A DNA stretch of 64,000 bases from a virus. Its lineage: Duplodnaviria; Caudoviricetes. The stretch is taken from positions 96,001-160,000 of IMG/VR virus record IMGVR_UViG_3300026085_000093, one strand, 5' to 3'. Below are positions 29,141-41,100 of this stretch, one piece after another. The translations under genes and the position numbers were made by a program. Numbering within the stretch: position 1 is the stretch's first letter; the number at the start of each line of letters is the position of its first letter. Under the pieces are notes generated by a model. That model was not told where the DNA came from. It made no database searches and saw only the letters and a list, made by a program, of their open reading frames with translations.

Positions 29141-32100
29141 TTATTTAGGCAAACGGATTGTCGCTGCTCTAATAAATTTTGCAATTTTATTATCGCTATT
29201 TGCCAACGATTTACCTGTATCGTTCCATATTTTTCCTGTTTTTCTAACGATTTTAATTTTTTGTCCTTCAAAATCTGATGGTGGAATAATATCATTTGTT
29301 AAAGGATTTCTTGGTTCAATATATATATTTGAACCACTGACTCTATACTCTGCATCAAGAGTATAGTCTGCTTCTGTACTATCTTGATTAGTTTGCCAGT
29401 TAAACATTTGCATACTTGTTTTACGCAAACGCTTGCCACCTAAAAATACATCAATTTCATTTGCTGATGACGGTGTAAAATCTAGTGTATATTCTGTTGC
29501 ACTAGAACTACCGTCTGCAATAATTTCTTGTTCGTATGTTGTATCTGAATACTCAATAGTTTCATTAGGACCTTGTCCTAATACTCTGGTACCTGCTGCA
29601 CAATAATTAATTACACCGGTACCTAATGTGCCTCTGCGTAATTGTAACAATGTAGAACCTTTGATATCATAATATTCGATACGTTCGCCATCGATCCATA
29701 CTACTCCAGGTAGTCCTGATCCTTTAGATGGTCTATATAAATTATCTGCACCACCTTCAAGCACAATACGTGTATCATAGTAGTTTAGCGGATCTTTAAG
29801 CGAGAACGCATTTTCTTCATTTAACCTCTTGTAATGTGTTCTGCCTAAAATATCTCTAAATATTCTAAATCCAAATCTAGGTGTTGCTGGATCATTACCA
29901 AATTCTAATACATCAATTCTGTCGCCATCTTCAACAGGTAAATTTAAACTAACTGCATTGTATTTTGCATTTAAAGTATAATCTACATTTGGACTTAGTA
30001 GTTCGCCATTTTTTGCAACCCAAACATATTGTACGTTTTGAATGTTGCTTCTTAGATTTACAAAACCTTGTGATAGCAAGTTGCGTTTATAATAAGCATC
30101 TGTACCTGCACTTACAGTTGTTGTTGCTAACACATCGTATTGCTGTCTTTCAAAATTATTAATATCATGATTGCTAAATTGGTAAACTTCAATGTTAGCA
30201 CCGCTGCTAGGAGCAACGGTAAATGTCATCGAGTCACTTTTAACATATTCAATATCACTCATTTGTAAAGGTGTACTATCACCGTCGTTAATGCTAATAA
30301 CAAAATCATTACCTGCAACCCAACTTGCAAATATATCATCACGTTTGCTTCTAATTGTAACGGTATTATCCTCTACTGCAACAACTATGCTTGTGTAAGT
30401 TGTACTATCCCCAATGGAATCAATAACAATTTCATTACCTACTTCTATATATGTTTCCAATGCAGGTGCAGTACTATCATCTAGTACACATGTAAGTTTT
30501 GTATCAACAAAATAGTAATCTGCATACTGAATAACATAGATACCAATAGTATCACCTTCTTCAAAGATATCTCTTCTACTTAAGAACACTCTAGCATTTA
30601 CTGTATCATAAGTAAATTCATTTTTTGTAAGCTGTCTGTCGTTGACAAACACTAAAATGTTTTCACTTTCAATTAGTGTAGGATCTGTAAACTGCCAAGA
30701 TTCTAATTCATAAGTTAATGTATTTGTTGCAGTGTGTTTAATACTATACCCTGGTTGTAACAATCTTTTGTTTTGGAATACTAAGATTTGATGTCCTAAT
30801 GGCCTTCTATTGAAAGGAATAGGAAACTCAGTTGTTGTAAACTGATAATAATCGTTTTGTCCATCTGGTTCAAATGTGTTATCAATTAACACTTGACTAT
30901 ATGTTTTTAGATTACTTGCATAAACGCTCCATTGAATATAATCATCTGGTTGCATTGTTCCATCTTCAAATGTAAGTTTTACTCTATTTTCAAATACATC
31001 TGACGAAGTGCTACGTTCTACAGTAAAGTTTACGCCTTGCTGTTGAACAACGCCATTAATTGTTACAAATGCTGTTAATGCATCTGACCATTTTGCTGCT
31101 GTAATATATGAATATGTACTACCGTCAAATTTTACATAGTCAGTATCGAGCATTTCTGCACCATTTGTACCAATGGTTGTAATATTTAAATGCGTTCCGT
31201 AAGGTACTGTGCTATCAGTAAATGTAAGCGTTTGTGTATCCCAGTCAACTTCATATCTATCATTATCGATAGTTTCATTATCTAGTTTTACAATAATAGC
31301 ATCATTGCTATGTGGAACACTAGGCAACACATAAACTGAAGTTGAGTCATCAATAATATAATTTATTGAACCGATCATTCCTGTACCATCTGTTGTTCTA
31401 TGATAAACTGAAATGTCTAGTGTATCTAGTAATTGTCCTGGTACAAGTTCTTCAGGTCCTTTTGAAGTTGTTGGGGTTACAAATCCATCACCATCTACAA
31501 CAATATCGCTAGGATTTAAACCTAATGCATCTCCATAGTCAATATCGCCACCTGATAAATCAACATCATATGTGCTTCCTGCAAGTTCAAAACTTCCATC
31601 ACTTGTTGATTTTCTAATTATAACTGTGTCACCTGCAACAAGGAAATCTCTGTCTTCTACAGTTTTCCATCTTGTCCAATCGATATTTACAGTATCAGTA
31701 ACACCATCACCCGATAATGGCAACATTAGTGCATATTTGTTATCTAATACTGTTATTCCATCATAGTCAGGATCGTCTAGTCTTATTGGACTATCATTTA
31801 ATTTTGCATTTACCGACTTCCAATATACGTTGTATTGCACACCGTCTTCTAACGGAGTGCTTAGTGTAAATGTTGTTGTACTACCATCTAAAACAAAAAT
31901 TTCATCATCTGTTGTATTTGCAATGGTATCAAATCTGTATTCTGCAAAGCCGCCGATATCAAACCCTTGTTCAGTACCAAAACTAATACCATCATATACA
32001 GCGCCATCATAATCAACACCGTCCATTAGTTGTGATAGGTCTTTACCAGGCATTCCTGTAGCAGGATTATAAGCGTGATAAATTCTATCTGCTGCTGTAA

Positions 32101-35100
32101 GCATGTTTAGATTACGCTTATATGTAATTACAATTGTCGCACCAGTTGCAGGTGCTTCTTCAAATATAATATACCCTAACTGTCTGTCATAACCTTTTGC
32201 AGTGTCTTTTTCATTATCTACAGAATATTCACCTTTTAAAATTGGTAATCCGTTTACTGTTACTTCATAGGTATTTGTATTTCTATTGATTGGCCATTTT
32301 AAAGAAAACTTAGTTGTAGAACCTGTGCCAGTAAACGTTTCAGATTCATCTATGTTTGTCATCAAGTATGTGCCCGTTGTTCTGTCAAATTTCATTATCA
32401 TGTGTGTAGAACGCACTAATGGGTTGCCAATAATAGCAGTTGCTTTAGCCTGTATTCCTCCAGGACTAGGTTCATCAATTACTACTAATGGTGCTTCATA
32501 AACTTTACTACCTGCTTTAACAATTTCAATTTTGCTAACACTACCTTTAGACAAATATGCTTTTGCTGTTGCTCCACTATCTCCTAAAATAGTTACAGGC
32601 GGGGTTTCTTTGTAATTAGATCCTCCGTTAGTAACTTCTATTTCAATAATGTCATAACCGTTATTGTCTACCCAACTTTTGTAGGGATATTGCTGATACT
32701 TTTCGATAATATCTGTTATAATACCATTGTCATATTTTGCAGCAATTGTTTCGATTTCTTTTGCAGCACTGTAACTAGGAGGTACATCAAAGTCAGTCGT
32801 TAAACTGTTTGTAGGCTCAACATGGTCATAAGAACTAATGTACTCTCTTATTTTACTATGGTATGGTTTGACTTCTTTGACATAGTCTTCATAGTTTTCT
32901 AAATTGTCATTTTGATAAGACAATTTTTGTTCAAAATCACCAAGTACATGTTTTACTCTAATGAAACTAGATTTGAACGCCCAGTCTAAGTCAGTTTGTT
33001 CGCTCATTGCATATTTTAAACTTGCAAAGAATAAATTATTCCATTCTACTTCTAAATCATTTACATAAATGTTATTTTTTAATGAACTTAAAATATTTCT
33101 AAGTTCTTGAATAGGTTCTCTGTCATAAAATGTTGTATCATATATTTCTGTATCAAACCCGCCAGCAGCTTCTAAGAAATTGTAAAGTTTATTACTTAGT
33201 TTGATAGTTCCGTTTTGACGACCTATAGTTTCGTAATTAATTGTATAATCTTCAACTAATTGATCGTCAATTTTTTTCAACAACAACCAGCCGCCTGATC
33301 CAACTTCTTTGATTTTTACAATATCGCCAATTTCATTTTCTAGTCTAAACAATTGATATGCTAAATCAACTGTTTGATCAATTGGTGTTTGTGCATTATA
33401 TCCAGTTGCATACCAATCAGCATAATTCCAGTAACCTGTAGTTACATATGACTGAGATCTTAATCTATCCCATTCACTTGATGTTGAATCATATGTGTAG
33501 ATAGCCCATCTACCTCCAATATCACTATCAGAATTTACAAGAACACTAAACGGTCTTGCAGTTATTTTTGTTGCACTACTGTAATTTTTACCTTGCTTTC
33601 TTACTGTTGCTCCTGTAACTTGTCCTAAGTTGTTTATTGTAGTATTGATAACAGCACCTCTGCCGTAAGTATCTTCTATCCTAACAGTTGGCGGATAAAC
33701 ATACCCACGTCCTGAATTAGTAATTGTAACTGCAACAATTTTACTGTTTTCAATTACTGGTGTAAACTCTGCTGTTTGTACTTTTGCCACACCTACAAAT
33801 CTTAACAAATCTGTTGTTTCAACTATTGTGTCGTATAAGTTTTCGGAAACATTTGGTACTGGATCATTTTGCTGTAACAAACTAATGTCATAATTATCAA
33901 CAATTTGTGTTTTAGCAAATACTGTGTTTACTCTTTCAACAACTTGTTTTAATGCTTCAATTCTGTTTATAAACATACCCTGTCTTGGATAGTTTAAAAT
34001 ACCATACTTTACTTTAGGAGAAAGATTTGGATCAGGAACTGTTGCATTATTTAAATCATATCCTACTAAACTATCAATCCATTTACTTTCAATTTCCTCG
34101 TTTGGTTTGCTTGTTGCTAACCCTGAACTCATTAATTGATATTCATTATGAATTGGTGTTTTTTGCTCTGCATCATCAATTAATGTAAAGTGCAGAATTG
34201 TGTCTTTGTCATTAATAAATGATCTAACATTGTGCAAACTAAATTTATTACCGTCAAGTAACTGAATATATCTATATCCATATCTTGATGGATCTTCAAT
34301 CAGTCTTGCAATTTCAAATGCACTTAATGCCCTGTTAGGAATATTAGGTATAGTTTGCTTGTTTTGCACCCAGAAATAATAGTAAAGTTTTGATTGACCA
34401 CTTACAGAATCTATTTTGCTTTTTACACTGTATGTATTTGAACCATGGTAAGGTGTGCCGCTTATACCCTGTGTATATCCTTGTGTAGTGTCTGCAAGTG
34501 AAATGTATTCTTGTGGAGGAACTGTGCTTTCTACCCATTCTAGTATACTAACAAGACTTGTTTGTGTTTGCTTATGCCAATTTGCGGATCTATATTGTAT
34601 CGGACCTTGGTATGGATTGAACCAACTTACTGTATCAATATTCCACCAAATTTCTCCTACGTGTTCATCACACCAGTTTGCTGCTTGATCAACAACAACT
34701 TTACCACTACCATTACTATAAATTGCAGGGTCATAAGGTGTTTTATAAGTTATTTCTTGATCAGCAACACCTGCAATTTTTCCTTGTCTAGGATCAATCA
34801 CATCTAAATTAGTTATAATGTCATTTGTTTCTTGACTATATAAAAATACTCTGCCAATTTTATTTAGATCAACTTGCCCAGTTTCTGAAGTAACTACTTT
34901 CCAACTATTCTTATTCTTATCGGCTCTAAAGTTTACAAACATTCCGGCAGTAGAATCTTCATTTTCTAGACGAGATGAATCTGTAAATTCAGATGGATTA
35001 ATCATAGGTAATCCAACATATACATTGTTGTCTTGTAATTTAATATTACTTAAATCATTGCCTATTGTTTTTCTTGAGTAAGGTAGATCTTCACCAAAAA

Positions 35101-38100
35101 TAAATTTATTACCTAACTTTTCGTAGATACCTAATCTTCCTGAATCAATTTCTTTTGTTACAAAGGTAGTTCTGCCGCCGTCAAATGTAGTTTTTTCTGT
35201 ATTTTGTACACCTGTATTATCGTTTACATATCTACTGTAAATTGTGTTTTTAAATTCATTTTTTCCTATTGCATACTTTTTGTATTCAACATATCTGTCA
35301 AATGTTGTTGTAGTACGTGTATCAGTATTCTTACCTACAACTAATAGTTTATCTGCTGAGAAATCAATTGCAAGTCCCCATGCTTCATTTTTTTCTTTGT
35401 ATGGACTTGTAAGAGTTTGTGTTAATTCCCAAGTATCGCCTGTTGAATTTTGACTGTATAATTTTACACTACCTGCATCTGTGTTTTCTTCAGTATTATA
35501 CAATGGAGCACCAATGCCTATTGTATCTCCTGTATCATTTACAGCAAGACTATAATCAATGCCTTCTTGATTTACAATACTTTGATTTAGTCTCCATCTA
35601 TCAAAAACATTAGTATAGATGCTAACAAGTTCGTCATTACCAGATTTTGCACTAAATGCAAGTACATCACCTAATTTATTTGTATCAAAAACTTTACCAA
35701 TATTAATACTTTGGTTAGTAACATCGTCTTCGTTTTCGCTTGCAATAAAGTTTTGTCTAGGCACGTATCCTGTATATTCTGTGTTTACATCTGTTTGTTC
35801 AATCCATAAATTAGGAGCATCAGATGGTAAACTTGTACCAGGTGCAATGTTAGTTGCAGCTTTGTACAACGCACCATTGTAGAATGTTAAATCGTTTTCA
35901 TTGTACTTAAAGAGATCGTTGTACACACCTTTATAGTTTCTGTCTGAACTGTATTTCCATTCACCGCCTTGGTTATCTAGCATGTAAATTCTACCAACAT
36001 CAGTTCCGTCTGCACCAGGAGCGCCAACAAACATTTTCATAGAACCATTTGCTGCTTTTCTTAATTGTATCTTTGTACCAAATTGTTCGTTTGCCTTTGG
36101 AAATGGTGAGCAAATAATATGTTCAACTTCGTACAATCCTGTATCAGCATTTTGTTTGTATAGATAAACTGTACCTTGTTTTTCAATACCGCTACCGCTA
36201 TGACCTAAAGTAAAGGTATCATTGTACCAAGACTGTTCTAATAAACTAGGTAAAATAATATTTTTCCAACGGTCAACGTTGTCTTGTGCAGCAGTACCCT
36301 CTCTAATTTTTATGAACTGCAAAACATCTGCACTTCTAATTGTTGGTGGCGTAGTGCTTTTGTCAAGATTACCAAAGGCAAACCCATCGTCTGCAATACT
36401 ACGTGCCCAAGTTTCAAACTCTGTTGGTGTTGTTGCCGTTGACAATGCAACATTAAGCATTTGATCTGTAAATTCTACACTAGGTACTAAACGGTTTTTC
36501 AATATGTCTAACGATGGTTCTAATCCTGTAATAAGATTAACTTCGTCCCAATCGGCATCATTTATAGTAATAGTAGAACTATCACCTACGCTATCATAGT
36601 ATAGCCCAATGTCTTTGTTTGCTTGCCACAAAACACCTCTATCTCTAACAATGTCTCCTTCATAATAAATTACATCAGGTTGTAATTCATCAATATAAAG
36701 TGTTTTTACATTACTTGTGTAAGGAGCACCTACAGCAATATAAGTTGCATCATCTGAAATTGCAACTGTTCTACCAAATCCAATTTCTGGATCACTTACT
36801 AATTCAGGTTCCATTATTTGTCTTAGGCTGATTTCTAATTGCTCGTTTGGACGATAGAAAAGTCTAAGTATGCCTTCATCTCCTGGATGTCCTAAACTTG
36901 CAATAGGAATGTATGTGTTGTTTGAATTTACATCATAAGCAGTTGCAAATCCGTCTTGATCACCTGACGGATTATAAACTTCTTTTTGTAAAGTAAAGAT
37001 ACCTTCGTTTTCGTATAATCCCCAATTGCCGTCAACTTTTTCAATCCATACTTTATCATTTTTTACATGGAATAAATTTTTAACCTCTTGGTTTAATTCT
37101 TCTATATCAGTAAATCTTCTAGTAACAAATCTAGATACTGCATTTTCTGTACTATCTGGGAATGTATTAATTTGTGTTTCAGTTACCGACAATGTTCTTG
37201 TGTCAACTACAACATAATCTATACCTACTTCTAAAATTTCCCAATATCCTGCTATAGTAGACAACCCGCCATAAATGCCAATTATTTCACCTTTAGTAAA
37301 ATCAACATATTTGTCAAACACAAGTTTTAATACATTTAGTGTGTTACCTTTAGAATCAGTATATGTTCCGTCAACATTAATATCATAACTTACAATTTTA
37401 TTTGTCTCTTTAACCTGAGTTACAACATCCCATTCATTCTTTTTATTTTGTATCCAAATATTATCGCCGATAAACGTCTTTGCTATGTTAAGATCTAATA
37501 ACCCTTTATAAGTTGTTACAGCACCTTTGACATCTTGTAAGCGAACCCATCCATTATTACGGCTTGAGTTTAATTTTGCAGTTGAAGTTACAAACGGATT
37601 GTTTGCATAGCCTTCAGGTTTTTCATATACTTCATAATCAGCAATTTTATAAATTAAATCTGCTTCATTTGTTTTGTTGTTTGTTAATTCAAATAGTTGA
37701 GGTTCTAGTTTATAATTACTTTCGTTTAACTTAAACTCTAAATCTTGTTTATTATCTAAAGCACCATAAGATCCAACTCTTATTGCCCACTCTTCAAAAA
37801 ACTTTAAACTTTCTTCGCCCGATGTGCTTAGAGCATCAAATAATTTTGTAAGAGAATTTTTTGTTCCTTTTTCTTGTATAAAGCCTTGATAAAATTTATA
37901 CTGACTTACACTATCAGGAATAATGTTGCTTAGGTATTCACGTTTTTGATAACCGATTAAATGTTGTCCTAAACGCTGTTGTTCAGTATCAAAATTATCA
38001 GTATCTAAATCATAAAAATCGGTAAACTGATTAACTCTATAATCAAAGTTAGGATATAGTTCTGCCTTTGGTTCTTCTGACAATCTATTCCAATTTGAAG

Positions 38101-41100
38101 AAACAAACACTTCTCCGCTATTATGTTTAACATTCGCAGAATAAAAGAATTCTTTAAATTTAACAACATCACCTACTGCATAATCTTCATAAGTTTTCCA
38201 AAAATCAACTTTTACATTGTCATAGAAGAATCCAGGAATATTTAAACCGCCTGCCCAATTGTCTGTTCTATAACCTACAAGTTTAATTCTTTCTTGTCTA
38301 TATCCAGGTGTGACATCATAAATTACATCATTGAATACTGTTGAGTTATCTAATAAAATAACATGCTCTGTTTGCACTAAAGGTAACTTTATTAAATAAA
38401 TTCCTTCGTTTGTATTAGAAGGTGTAATACCAAATGTATTTGTGTCATCTCTATAAATGTTGCTTAATTCTCTACCTAGTTTTTCGCCATTTCCAGATAA
38501 TAAATTGTATCCGTAAAAATCATCAAAAATATTATCTACAACAAAATACGGTTTTGTAAAAATACATCTGTTTGCACACGGACTAGTTGTAAGGATAGTT
38601 CCTGCTTCCCAGTTTTGTGTTACCCAGAACATAAATTCTTGTATACACAAAGTCATATCTTCTAAACTATCTGTATCTCTGTTGTAATAATCTAGTTCAA
38701 ATCCTTGCTGTTTTAAAAACTTTTCATATCCTTGCATAAAGTCAACAACTTCTTGCACTGATTCTAAAATAGTTCCATAAGAAATATAAGAAACAGTAGT
38801 TTCATATCTTTTTCTAATTTTTGCACTTATACCACCAGTAATAGGAAGTGTAGGCAACTTAGCAAATTTTGTTGCGTCAAATGTCTCAGAACTCTTGTGA
38901 GTTGAAGTTGTTCTATACCAGTTGTTTTGATATTCAACAATTGTACCAATTGTATATTCTTGATCTTCTGTCCATACAACATAATTTGCAGATATGCCGC
39001 CGACAGTAATCGATGTATCTGAATTTGTTTCTAATGGTTTGTAGAAAGGAAACGTAGGATTGTCTCCGTCATATCCTTTTAAAATATATGTATTATCTGC
39101 TGTTTTTTCAATTATCATACCACTAAACACAAGTGTTTCTAATGGACTTGATGTGTTTAAGAAAATTTGATAATTTTCTTCTGGTACAAAGTTACTACTT
39201 TTATTTAGAGGACTTCTTGCGTCTAAAACTAATTTTAGTTTTTCTTTACTTGCAAACCCACCAACTCTAATTGATAATTGATTTTTAAGTCCTTTTAATC
39301 TTTGCTGATAATTATTATAATTTGAACTATACTTAGAAGACATGTAACTTGCAATAAAGTTCACAAGTCCGCTTGTAAGTAAAATATCTTCGTTGCCAGT
39401 AATACTCGGAAATACTAGATCTTCACAACGTATTGCTTTATTTGTTTCAGTATAAACATATTGATCTGATAAATTCTTTTTAATGCGTGATCTATCAAAT
39501 GCTAGACCAAAAATTTGTGCAGATTGATTTAGCATCCATGCTTTTAATAATGCAAATGGATATTCTGAACTTCTTCTCCATGCAGTTTCGACAGGTGCTT
39601 CGTCACCAAAAACAAAATTGTTACTTGCTGTGTCAAACTTATAGTTTTGTGCAAGTCCTGCTTTATACGGATCGACTAACTTACCGTTACTGTCCACTGG
39701 AATAGCATCTAACAATTTTGAGTGCTTGTACATTTTATTTTTTTGTGCAACAACACCGGGTGTTCTTACAATACCTTCGGCCATGTCTGTCCAAAGTAAA
39801 ATATTATCACTAGTATAAGGAGCAGGTCCGTATTGTTCATCCCACCATGTAGGCTTAATTGTTAATCCTAGCATTTCCCATGGATGTGTGTTAGGACGAT
39901 CAGTACCATAATATGTTTTATATACACTTCTCCAAAAACCTTTTAATGGTTCATTTTCTGTATTTGACATAAAACTATAGTTGTATGTAAATCCGTCTCT
40001 TTCATCATAAAAGTTATTTTCAGTATAAGTTAAGTTTCCTGCATCTTCTAACCAACTTGTAAAATCTCCAAGTACACTATTATCAATTTGTTCTTTAGTA
40101 AACTTAGTATCTCTGTCAAATGTAGGAACAAAATTGTTGATATCTAAAACACTAGCATCATATTTTAATTTAATGTTATTGTATACTCTATATTCATACT
40201 CTAACAAAAAGTCGTCTCTAAAGTCATTCCATGCTTTTGTTAAACTTCCGTCATGTCCTTGAATAACGCACTGCGGGAAGCCTATAATTACATTTTCATT
40301 TGCTACAACCGGATCTACAAAGTCTACATAAAATAAACCGTTTCTTACTTTTTCTATAGTATAATCAATATTACCATATGCTTTAACATCGCCTACTTGT
40401 ACAATAAGATCAGTTGCTTCAATAATTTTGTTTACATTTTCTAATACAAAACGTGTTTGAGATTTTGTTGTAACAAATGTTTTCACAGCAGGTCTTACTG
40501 TATGATCTTTTTGTACTTCAGGATAATACAGAGGAAACAAACCTAGTTTAGTAGGTGTTGGCGGAATATAGCATCCGTTAGTATTTTCAAATTCGTCAAC
40601 TCTTATAACATCACCTTTTGCAAGTGTTGCTGTTACGTTTACAAAGTTATCGCTTATTGTATAATCTCTGTCTTTAAGTAATTGAACTCCGTTAAGATAG
40701 ACATATACTGCTTGATTAGATAATTTGTTTATATCAAAATTTGTAAGTCCGATTGCAAAATATGTTTCTTCACTATTATCTATATTATGTGTTGTGCTTG
40801 TATTTGCTTTCTTACCTACCATATCTCCATAATAGAAATTTCTATAAGAAACAGTTTCTTTTGAAAATCTTTCAAGCACTGTATCTAGTTGATCTTTTGC
40901 AGTTCCTTCTATACCGCTTTCGTTAGCAAGCGCAATTAGTCTACGTTTTGTTTTACCATATTCCGATCTAACAAAATTTATTGCTTTAACAATATTTGCT
41001 TCTTTATCAGTAATATGAAATGCTGCTAGGTTAAATGGTCCGCTATGTTGCACAAAACGCTTACCGTAATGTGTAACATTTCCTAAATCTCTAAGATTAC

